Shown here in pieces: positions 1 to 8,373 of a DNA stretch of 64,000 bases. Source of the stretch: Flavobacteriales bacterium (GTDB taxonomy: Bacteria > Bacteroidota > Bacteroidia > Flavobacteriales_F > PHOS-HE28). The number at the start of each line of letters is the position of its first letter. The stretch's first letter is position 1. The position numbers and the translations under genes were made by a program. The notes under the pieces were generated by a model. It was not told where the DNA came from. It worked only from the letters and a program-made list of their open reading frames with translations, and searched no databases. The DNA lies in NCBI GenBank assembly GCA_031411095.1, contig JANOAK010000006.1, positions 11,342-75,341 on the forward strand, read 5' to 3'.

Positions 1-1
1 C

Positions 2-643
2 AAGCTGGCCATCGAGGATTTCTTCGGACAACCGTTCGTGGACGAAGTGGTGGCCGTGGACAACAACTCCAATGACCGGAGCGCGGCCGAGATCAAGGCC
101 ACTCGTGCGGTCTACATCCACGAGACCCGGCAGGGCTATGGTGCGGCCTTGCAGCGTGGTATGCGGGAGGCGACCAGCCAGATCATTGTAACGGTTGAAC
201 CGGACGGTACGTTCATGGCCAAGGATATCGAGAAGTTGCTGGTGTATTCAGAGGATTTCGAAGTGATCTTCGGTACCCGTACCTCCCGTGCATTGATCTG
301 GTCCGGTGCCAACATGGGCTTCGGCATTCGCGTGGGCAACTGGGCGGTGGCGAAGTTCCTCGAATACCTGTTCAATGGCCCGTCGCTCACCGATGTAGGC
401 TGCACGTACAAACTGCTCCATCGATCGGCGTATGAACGTATCAAGGACCGGTTGACCGTGGATGGCTCCCACTTTTCCGTGGAGTTGATGATCCGGACCC
501 TCCAGGCCGACCTGCGTGCAGTGGAGACCTCGGTGCATTATCGCCAGCGCATAGGCACCTCGAAGATCACCGGCAAGCTCTGGAAGGCCATCCGGCTCGG
601 GTTCCGCATGATATTCTTCATTGCGCGGGAGCGCCTCCGCTGA
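2..643 (+). CDS. GT2 glycosyltransferase, polyprenol-phosphate sugar synthase (DPM1/ArnC-like); 5' truncated by the window edge
   Basis: VAVDNNSND, GYGAAL, FGTR and LTDVGCTYKL GT2 motifs; the frame is open from position 2 (KLAIEDFF...), so the start lies upstream. Confidence 0.85.
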   Translation, partial: KLAIEDFFGQPFVDEVVAVDNNSNDRSAAEIKATRAVYIHETRQGYGAALQRGMREATSQIIVTVEPDGTFMAKDIEKLLVYSEDFEVIFGTRTSRALIWSGANMGFGIRVGNWAVAKFLEYLFNGPSLTDVGCTYKLLHRSAYERIKDRLTVDGSHFSVELMIRTLQADLRAVETSVHYRQRIGTSKITGKLWKAIRLGFRMIFFIARERLR

Positions 644-1991
644 GATGAGCGGATCCAGCAGCGTGGTCTATCTCCAGGTCCGGTGAGAGGAACCGCGACC
701 ATCGCGGAAAGCGCTGTGACAGGTTCCAACGCCGCGCCAGCCAAACGGCCGTTGCACTGGCGTAAATGATGTAGTAGGGCTCCAAAGTGATCGTCCGGAA
801 ACGGTTCTGAACGAAGAACCCCACGCTGAGCACCAGTATGCACGTGATCAACCCCACGATGAACAGGTGTTCTCTCCAGTTGGTGCGCAAGGCGCGGAGG
901 ATGCCGATGTAGCCAAGGGCATAGATCGGCAATGAGAGCAGGAAGGTGATCAGCCAGTTCGTAAAGCTGTAGTGGTGATAGCTCACACCGGGGAAGAGGA
1001 AGTACCAGAGGTCATACGCGGCGAGCTTCCACACTTTTGACGGGTTCTCGCGGCACCATTTGCGCGCTGCATCCATGTAGATCACCTGGCGTTCCTTCAC
1101 CCCCACTTTGGAAAGCGTGTCCTTCAGTTCGTGCAGCACGGTGAAATCCATGTTCAGTATGCGTCGATGCTCGTCGCTGCCCAAGGGGGGCGGATCCACG
1201 ATGAACCGGTAGGTGTCCTCATTGTGGCCCCAGAGGAAGTGGCCACCCTGGCCCGTGCTGCTCAACACATATTGACCATGCTTCCGGTATTGGTACAGGC
1301 CATAGGGCAGCGTGAACATGAAACTGATGATCGCGAACAGGGCAGCATGCATGATGCGGCGTGCTGCCGTGCTTTTCATATTGAACCACATGATCAGCGG
1401 CACGAAGGGTGCGAACATCAGGATGTGGCTCTTGGTCAGGAAAGTGAGGGCGAAGAGCGAGGCCGCGAGGGCTGTCCAGCCCCAACTGTCCTTTTCCAAG
1501 GCCAGCATCAGCACGTACAGGAAGAAGATCAGGTTGATCTGGAACGGCATGTCCTGCGCGAACGTGTTGACCCATACAAGTGTCAGGGGGAACACGGCAT
1601 ACACCATCGCTGAGATGAGCGCCGTGGGGCGGTCGAAAAGGCGCCTGGCGATGCGGAATATGACCACCCCGGATAACGACGACAGCAGCAACTGGATCAG
1701 GCCCAGGGACCACTTCCAATAGGCCCCGAAGACCCATTTGTGCAAGGCTTGATAACTCGCATAGAGCGGCGCCATGGTGAACTGGGGGGCCTGGAAGTCG
1801 AAGTCGCCATGCTCGACCACCGCCGTGCTTTGCGCATCATAGATGGCCGAGTCCCGGTCCAGGTCGAGGCCCAGCATTTCAGACACACCGATGAAGGCCA
1901 GCCGTACCAAGAGGCACAGCAGGAATATCCGCACCTCCCATGTGCGGTCAGAGCTCCGCATGCCCGTGTTCTGTGGGATGGTGTCGGTCAT
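618..1991 (-). CDS. Polytopic GT-C fold glycosyltransferase (ArnT/PMT_2-like)
   Basis: About 10 hydrophobic segments; D..IYD loop, PLY, LTKS and RFR motifs typical of GT39/83-like proteins. Start placed at ATG 1991 (ORF track starts at 2054). The 3' end overlaps the convergent GT2 gene. Confidence 0.75.
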   Translation of the reverse strand: MTDTIPQNTGMRSSDRTWEVRIFLLCLLVRLAFIGVSEMLGLDLDRDSAIYDAQSTAVVEHGDFDFQAPQFTMAPLYASYQALHKWVFGAYWKWSLGLIQLLLSSLSGVVIFRIARRLFDRPTALISAMVYAVFPLTLVWVNTFAQDMPFQINLIFFLYVLMLALEKDSWGWTALAASLFALTFLTKSHILMFAPFVPLIMWFNMKSTAARRIMHAALFAIISFMFTLPYGLYQYRKHGQYVLSSTGQGGHFLWGHNEDTYRFIVDPPPLGSDEHRRILNMDFTVLHELKDTLSKVGVKERQVIYMDAARKWCRENPSKVWKLAAYDLWYFLFPGVSYHHYSFTNWLITFLLSLPIYALGYIGILRALRTNWREHLFIVGLITCILVLSVGFFVQNRFRTITLEPYYIIYASATAVWLARRWNLSQRFPRWSRFLSPDLEIDHAAGSAHLSGGAPAQ

Positions 1992-2107
1992 GGTCTGGTC
2001 CGCTATGTCCCGAACTGAGGGTTGAAGTATTGTCCGGCGACCCGAAGAAAACACGATCCACCGTCCGTTCGGTGCCGTGGTTATGTTTGTTCCGTCAAAT
2101 CATCCGC

Positions 2108-2674
2108 ATGGACCTCACCAAGATCATTTCGGTTACCGGTAAGAGCGGGCTCTACCGGGTCGTCGCACAAGGCCGCCAGGCCATTATTGCCGAATCCCTT
2201 GCGGATGGCAAGCGTATTCCTGTTCCCACCAGTGTGCGCGTGAGCTCCCTCGAGGAGATCAGCATGTTCACCACCGGTGATGATGTGCTGTTGAAGGATG
2301 TACTGGCGAAGCTCTTCGATAAGGCCAAAGGTGGTGCGTCCGCCGATCCGAAGGAGGAAGATGCGTCCTTGTGGAAGGCCCTCACGGATGTATTGCCCAC
2401 AGCGGATCATGAGCGCATCTATCCTAGCGATGTGCGCAAGCTCTTCACCTGGTACGACCTGCTTCTGAAGGCGGGCGAACTGGCCAAGAAGGAGGACAAG
2501 AAGAAAAAGGACGACGAGGAGGGGGACAAGCCGAAAGAGGAAGGCAAGGCAAAGAAGTCCGCTGAAAAGGTGGCTAAGGCCAAACCCGACCTTGCAGCAA
2601 AGAAGGCCGGACAGAAAGCGGGGGGAGGTTCCAAGGCAGCTGCGGTGCGCCGCGGTGGCCAGCGCGGTAGTTGA
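2108..2674 (+). CDS. DUF5606-family Bacteroidota protein with Lys/Ala-rich tail
   Basis: MDLTKIISVTGKSGLYRVVAQ...IIAESL...SSLEEISMFT...ERIYPSDVRKLFTWY matches the family pattern; ATG at 2108. Confidence 0.75.
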   Translation: MDLTKIISVTGKSGLYRVVAQGRQAIIAESLADGKRIPVPTSVRVSSLEEISMFTTGDDVLLKDVLAKLFDKAKGGASADPKEEDASLWKALTDVLPTADHERIYPSDVRKLFTWYDLLLKAGELAKKEDKKKKDDEEGDKPKEEGKAKKSAEKVAKAKPDLAAKKAGQKAGGGSKAAAVRRGGQRGS

Positions 2675-2841
2675 TCAGTTTTCCGGGGGTAGGGCACTTC
2701 TGCCGCTCCACAACGTGTGACCTGACCGTAGATCCCCGCGAACAAGGGGGCCATCGGTGCGTTGAAACCCAAGGTGGACAGGGTTAAGGGCAGCGCATCC
2801 CCCAAGGCTCGCCTAACTTGCGCGCACTTCAACATTCCCGC

Positions 2842-4818
2842 ATGAGCCCATCCGTTATTCGTCGTGGTCCGATCACCGTCGCCTTGTTGGGTGGGACCCT
2901 CGCGCTGTTCATATCCTGGGACCAAGGGGCTGTGCCGGTGGATCCATCCTTTCACACGAGGGAGGAACTGGAGGCCTTCGAGCGGGGTACGGGTTTGCCC
3001 TTCGGAGAGAACACCTACTTCAAGACCAGCGGTACGTGCAGCGGTTGTCATGGCCATGATCCCTCCGGCTTCGCCGGGTATACCCAGGAGAGCGGCACGG
3101 ATGTGAACGTGGTGGATGACTGGCGCAGCACGATGATGGCCAACAGCGCCCGCGATCCGTTCTGGCGTGCCAAGGTGAGCCACGAAGGCCTAGTGAACCC
3201 TGCGCATCAAGCGGCCTTGGAGGACAAATGCACCAGTTGCCACGCACCTGCGGGTCGGCACGATAAACACATGTTGGGCCATGGCCCTTATTCCATCGCC
3301 GAGCTTGAGCAGGACCCGCTGGGGCTTGATGGTGTGAGCTGCGTGCCCTGCCACATCCAAAGCGCTGACAGTAGCGGACAGCTTTTCTCCGGCAACCTGA
3401 AGTTCGATACGTTGAACAGACCTCTCTACGGCCAGTACGACGATGCGGACATCTTCGGATCCCCCATGACCTCGTTCGTTGGTTATACGCCTCAGTACGG
3501 GGCGCATGTGACCGAAGGGGGGCTGTGTGCGGGTTGCCATACCCTGATCACGGAAACCGCGGACCTGAGCGGAGCACCCACCGGTGGACACTTCGTTGAG
3601 CAGGCCACCTATCACGAATGGTTGAACTCCAAGTTCAATCCGGAGGAGCATCCCACGGAGGGCATCAGCTGCCAGGGTTGCCATGTGCCCCGCATCGAGG
3701 ATGGCGTTGTGCTCTCGGCGAACTACATCTTCCTTCAACCCAAGAGCCCGTTCGGCCTGCACCAGTTCGCCGGGGCGAACATCTTCATGCTCAACATGCT
3801 GAGGAACAACATCGACGAACTGGGGCTGACCGCGGACACCACGCAGTTCGACAGCACGATCAGCCGCACCGAACGTATGTTGCGCAATGGACTGCTGGTG
3901 GATGTGCGCATGGCCGACCGTGATGCGGACACGGCGTTCGTGGATGTTCAGCTCACCAACCTTGCCGGACACAAGTTCCCGAGCGGATATCCCGCACGAC
4001 GGGCCTGGGTGGAACTGATCGTCACCAGTGCTTCGGGGGACACGCTCTATCGCAACGGTGCCTGGGACAATGCCTACGAAGTGGTGGGACATGATGCAGC
4101 GTGGGAACCGCATCATGATGTGATCACTGCGGCCGATCAAGTGCAGATATATGAGATGGTGATGGGGGATGTGAACGGCGATAAGACGACCGTGCTCGAA
4201 CGCGCCGATGTGAAACTGAAGGATAACCGGTTGGTGCCCGAACTCTTCAGCACTTCGCACACCACCTACGATACCAGCTACATCGCGAACGTCAACGCAG
4301 GTGATGTGGACTTCAACAAGGACGAAATGGGTGTGGAAGGAAGCGGCACCGACATCGTTCACTATCACGTTCCCATGAACGGCTTCACCGGACTGGTGAA
4401 CGTGCACGCACGCGTGTGGTACCAAAGCGCGCCACCGAAGTGGATGGAGGAGATGTTCGCGTTCAACAGCACGGAGATCGATCTCTTCCGCAATGAATTC
4501 CTCGCAGCCGACAATTCACCATTCCTGGTGCAGGAGGATACGTTGAGCGACCTGAGCGTGGCCGTGGATGACCTGGCGGAACTCGGTGTACGCATCGTTC
4601 CCAACCCTGTGACGGACGGTGTGCTGAACATCGTAGGCATGAACGATCGTGTACTCGACGCCGCGGTGTACGACCTGTCGGGCAAGCTCGTTGCCCAACG
4701 CATCGCTTCTGGCGATCGCCAATGGCGTGTGACGCTTCCTCCTGGTCGTGGCACATACCTGCTGACCATACGCACCAAGGAGCGCTCCTTCGTTGAACGC
4801 GTGGTGAGCCTGCGCTAA
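2842..4818 (+). CDS. Pentaheme c-type cytochrome with type A T9SS C-terminal sorting domain
   Basis: Five CxxCH motifs (CSGCH, CTSCH, CVPCH, CAGCH, CQGCH), N-terminal hydrophobic segment, GHKFPSG motif and C-terminal IVPNP...YDLSGK...GTYLLTI...VERVV. Confidence 0.85.
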   Translation: MSPSVIRRGPITVALLGGTLALFISWDQGAVPVDPSFHTREELEAFERGTGLPFGENTYFKTSGTCSGCHGHDPSGFAGYTQESGTDVNVVDDWRSTMMANSARDPFWRAKVSHEGLVNPAHQAALEDKCTSCHAPAGRHDKHMLGHGPYSIAELEQDPLGLDGVSCVPCHIQSADSSGQLFSGNLKFDTLNRPLYGQYDDADIFGSPMTSFVGYTPQYGAHVTEGGLCAGCHTLITETADLSGAPTGGHFVEQATYHEWLNSKFNPEEHPTEGISCQGCHVPRIEDGVVLSANYIFLQPKSPFGLHQFAGANIFMLNMLRNNIDELGLTADTTQFDSTISRTERMLRNGLLVDVRMADRDADTAFVDVQLTNLAGHKFPSGYPARRAWVELIVTSASGDTLYRNGAWDNAYEVVGHDAAWEPHHDVITAADQVQIYEMVMGDVNGDKTTVLERADVKLKDNRLVPELFSTSHTTYDTSYIANVNAGDVDFNKDEMGVEGSGTDIVHYHVPMNGFTGLVNVHARVWYQSAPPKWMEEMFAFNSTEIDLFRNEFLAADNSPFLVQEDTLSDLSVAVDDLAELGVRIVPNPVTDGVLNIVGMNDRVLDAAVYDLSGKLVAQRIASGDRQWRVTLPPGRGTYLLTIRTKERSFVERVVSLR

Positions 4819-4876
4819 GTGCGAGAGCCTGATCGCCCGGAGATGGCACCTTCCGAAAGATCACGCATCTTTATGT

Positions 4877-6346
4877 ATGCTTTCACCTGAATCTTCCCTG
4901 GGTGCACCTCTCGGCGCTCTGCTCTTCATCCTGTCAACGCCGTTCTGTTACGGTCAATCAACCGGTATCAGCTATGGTGAGGTCCAGGATATAGGACCGG
5001 GTGGAATGGGCTATCTCCGTCCACGGATCACCCTCAATGGGGATGCACAGCCCGTGGTATTATGGGGCCGAACGGGCCCGGCTTCGAACTATCTGTCCGT
5101 AGCAGTGGCCGGATCATTCACGGCCCCGGTGATGGTGACTCCTGCTGGTGTTGCACCTGCTGTGGCCGATTGGATGGGTAGCAGCATCGATGCGGATGCA
5201 AATACGGTGTGGATCGTGTTCAAGGCCACCCCCGAGGACACAGCCCCTTGTTATGCGCGCGTAAGCGACGATGGCGGCAACACCTGGTCCGATACCATCC
5301 GCGTGAGCCCAGCGGACGGCCTGGTATCCAGATTCCCATCGGTGGCGGTGATCCCCGATGTGGGTCCAGTGGTCGAATACATGGAATTCACCTCAGGCTA
5401 TATGGAACCCCGGCAGGTGGTGGTGCGCATGGAGAACGACGTTTTCCAGCCGCCTGTGCAGGTCAGTGCACCATTCGCGCCCGGCGAAGTGTGCGATTGT
5501 TGCACCGGCGAGATCGTTGCTGGGGCGGATCATGTAGTGGCCATGTACCGGAATGCGGGCTCCAACATCCGGACCATCTGGGCGGCGAGCTCCACGGACG
5601 ACGGTACTATGTTTCCGGTAGGGGCGGAGATCGACCCCACGGTCTGGGTGCTGAACGCCTGCCCATCGAGCGGGCCGGATGGATACCTGAGCGGTGATTC
5701 GTTGCGGTACGTATTCCTCTCCGGCGCGGACAATGGCAATAAGGTGTTCGTTGGCGGTGCGGGTGCGATGGACCTTTCGGTGGGATCGGTGCGCAATGTG
5801 CACCCGGACCAGGCCATGAACGTGCAGCAGAACTTCCCGCGCATAGCGGGCAGCGGCGACACGCTGGGCATCGTGTGGCAGCAGACCGTGGGCTCGCAGA
5901 CGGAAGTGCTCTTCAGCTGGAGCGTGAACGGCATCAACGGATTGCATGCACCCGATACCGTGAACGTGGTCGTCGCCGGAGCGCAGAAAACGCCGGATGT
6001 GGCCTTTGCCGATGGCGTCTTCCACATCGTGTGGAGCGATCCCGCTGCAGGCGTGGTGCGTTACCGGAAGGCGATGATCATGGATGCTACCGGAGTGGAC
6101 GATGCATCGACGCACGAGTCCATGCCATGGGCCTGGTATGATGCTGGCATGGGAACCTTACAGTTCCGCCCGGATCTCCGCCTCGATTCATGGCGCCTGA
6201 CGGATGTGATGGGCCACACCGTTCGTACCGGTCGATCAGCAGGTGTGATCGATGCCATCGGGCTGGCCACCGGGTCCTATCAATTGGTCGGAATTGACGG
6301 ACAGGGCGCGGCATTGCGCGCAGTGCACCTCTTCATCGGCCGTTGA
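4877..6346 (+). CDS. BNR/Asp-box beta-propeller protein with CxCC motif and degenerate T9SS type A CTD
   Basis: Asp-boxes SDDGGNTW and STDDGTMF; CDCC and W-x4-CPSSGP motifs; signal peptide; C-terminal D..G..V..G...LATGSY pattern. Confidence 0.65.
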   Translation: MLSPESSLGAPLGALLFILSTPFCYGQSTGISYGEVQDIGPGGMGYLRPRITLNGDAQPVVLWGRTGPASNYLSVAVAGSFTAPVMVTPAGVAPAVADWMGSSIDADANTVWIVFKATPEDTAPCYARVSDDGGNTWSDTIRVSPADGLVSRFPSVAVIPDVGPVVEYMEFTSGYMEPRQVVVRMENDVFQPPVQVSAPFAPGEVCDCCTGEIVAGADHVVAMYRNAGSNIRTIWAASSTDDGTMFPVGAEIDPTVWVLNACPSSGPDGYLSGDSLRYVFLSGADNGNKVFVGGAGAMDLSVGSVRNVHPDQAMNVQQNFPRIAGSGDTLGIVWQQTVGSQTEVLFSWSVNGINGLHAPDTVNVVVAGAQKTPDVAFADGVFHIVWSDPAAGVVRYRKAMIMDATGVDDASTHESMPWAWYDAGMGTLQFRPDLRLDSWRLTDVMGHTVRTGRSAGVIDAIGLATGSYQLVGIDGQGAALRAVHLFIGR

Positions 6347-6405
6347 CCTGCAACAATGGCGGAGCCTTGACCTCCGCGTCAGCCACAGCGAACTATTTTG
6401 TGGGC

Positions 6406-7629
6406 ATGAATACGATGCTACGATCCGCGTTGCCCTGCCTGGCCGTTCTCCTGTTGCTGAATGAGAGCAGGGCCCAGAACCCGAGCGTGCAGGCGGCGAT
6501 GAACGCCGTGAACATCGATTCCCTGATCCAGGACCTGCGTTCGCTTTCCGGAGAATTGCCCGTGGATATCGGCAATGGGCCGGTGCTGATCGACAGCCGG
6601 AACAAGACGCGACCCGGCAATGCGATCGCAGCGGACTGGTTGCAGCAGCGGATGCAGTCGATGGGCTACACGCCCTCGGTGCAGGTGTTCAGCGGTGGGA
6701 CAGGTGAGAACGTGATCGCCGAGAAGCCGGGCCTGCTCCATCCGGAACGGAAGGTGGTGGTCTGTGGCCATTACGATTCCATGCCGGGAGGCCCTGTGGC
6801 CTCGCCTGCGGCGGATGATGACGGAAGTGGGACGGTGGCCGTGCTGGAAGCGATGCGCGTGCTTTCCCCCTTCGACTTCGAGAACACCATCGTGTTCGCC
6901 TTATGGGACGAAGAAGAGTACGGCCTGCTGGGCAGCGCCTACTATGCGGGCGTGGCCGCGGCCAATGACGAGCAGCTGGTGGCCACCATCAACCTCGATG
7001 CGATCAGTTATGATGGTGACAGCGATGGCCTGATGCGCGTGCATGTGCGGCCCATCGCCAACAGCATCGCCATCAAGGACAGCGTATTGATGGTGAACAG
7101 CACATACGGCCTCAACCTCCCCATCGCCGTGAACAACCCGGGGGCCACCTACAGCGATCACGCATCCTTCTGGAACGAGGGCTTCGGTGCCGTGCTGATC
7201 ATCGAGGACTTCGACAACGATGGCAATCCTCATTACCACACGTCATCGGACCTTGTGCAATACCTCGATCAGCCCTACTTCCGGGGACTTGCCCGTTTGG
7301 GCATCGGGTCCGTGGGCGTGCTTGCCGTGCCGATGGCCATGCAGACCAGCGTGCCCATGCTCGAACCGATGGCGGATTGCGCGTTGGTCGTTTTCCCGAA
7401 TCCCGTGGTGGGCTCTGCTCGCTTGCGGGTACGCTCGTCAGGCGGACCGGCTGAACTGGGCCTGGTGGATGCCACCGGCCGCCAGGTCATGCAAATGCAC
7501 GAAGGTGCACTGCCACAAGGCGAGCACACCTTCCTGTTCGGTACTTCAGCATTACAGCCGGGAGCCTACTCCCTGCGAATGGCACAGGACGGCATCGTCA
7601 CCGCCGTCCGGATCTTGATCGTGCCCTAA
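6406..7629 (+). CDS. M28 family metallo-aminopeptidase with T9SS type A CTD
   Basis: GHYDS, ADDDGSG, DEEEYGLLGS, SDHASF and YHT motifs; VFPNP...LQPGAY CTD; signal peptide from ATG 6406. Confidence 0.85.
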   Translation: MNTMLRSALPCLAVLLLLNESRAQNPSVQAAMNAVNIDSLIQDLRSLSGELPVDIGNGPVLIDSRNKTRPGNAIAADWLQQRMQSMGYTPSVQVFSGGTGENVIAEKPGLLHPERKVVVCGHYDSMPGGPVASPAADDDGSGTVAVLEAMRVLSPFDFENTIVFALWDEEEYGLLGSAYYAGVAAANDEQLVATINLDAISYDGDSDGLMRVHVRPIANSIAIKDSVLMVNSTYGLNLPIAVNNPGATYSDHASFWNEGFGAVLIIEDFDNDGNPHYHTSSDLVQYLDQPYFRGLARLGIGSVGVLAVPMAMQTSVPMLEPMADCALVVFPNPVVGSARLRVRSSGGPAELGLVDATGRQVMQMHEGALPQGEHTFLFGTSALQPGAYSLRMAQDGIVTAVRILIVP

Positions 7630-7634
7630 GGCCC

Positions 7635-8270
7635 TCAGTTCTTCACGAAGGGACGTACGAGCGTTCTGCCGTAACGGTCCGTGAGGCGCAGGAAATAGCG
7701 TCCTGCCTGTATCCCCTCCAGATCGATCACCGCGCGTTGAGCGGCGGTAAGTGGCACGCTGTTGACCAGTCTGCCATCGACGCCGATCACGTCCGCCTGC
7801 ATCAGCTCCCCTCCGATGAGTTCGATCGTGATCGCATTACCGGCAGGTACAGGGAACATGTTCAACGCACCAAGGGGCGTGTGCTCCGCAACGTTCTGGC
7901 CTTGCAGCACGGTGACCATCCCATGCTGGGTGGTGCTATGCAACTGGTTCTGAAAGGACTGTGTGCAATGGTATCCGTAAACACCCGGCAAGGTGAATGT
8001 GTGCGAAAAGGTCCATGGTGCGCTTGCGGGCTGACCGTTACCGAAGCCTTCCGGATTGTTCGGGAACAGGTTCAGTTGACCATTCACGTTGTGGGAGCCC
8101 TCCACATTCGTCCAGACGACCATGTCGCCCACATTGATGACCAGTTCCATGGGGTCATAATAGGGCAGGTTGTTGGGGTCGGAAAGCGAGCCGCCGGCCT
8201 CCACGTTCCATGTTGTTTGAGCGAAAAGCGCGAAAGGGAGCAGGGTGAGCAGCGTAGTGGTTATGCGCAT
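7635..8270 (-). CDS. Plastocyanin/cupredoxin-like blue copper protein with T9SS type A CTD
   Basis: Signal peptide; GD.V.W.N..GSHNV; FTLPGVYGYHC...H; CTD MFPVPA...GRYFLRL...RPFVKN. Confidence 0.8.
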   Translation of the reverse strand: MRITTTLLTLLPFALFAQTTWNVEAGGSLSDPNNLPYYDPMELVINVGDMVVWTNVEGSHNVNGQLNLFPNNPEGFGNGQPASAPWTFSHTFTLPGVYGYHCTQSFQNQLHSTTQHGMVTVLQGQNVAEHTPLGALNMFPVPAGNAITIELIGGELMQADVIGVDGRLVNSVPLTAAQRAVIDLEGIQAGRYFLRLTDRYGRTLVRPFVKN

Positions 8271-8373
8271 GGTGCGATCGATTTCGTGCAAAGTACAGCG
8301 TGATCTTCCAGGCCCGATGTCAGTTCATCCACCGTCCGTGGGATCCAACTCATCTGCCGTGGTTCGTATGGTC

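Noticed and set aside
2480-2674. Lys/Ala-rich histone-like tail of the DUF5606 protein
   Set aside because: A low-complexity charged tail alone does not support a DNA-binding claim.
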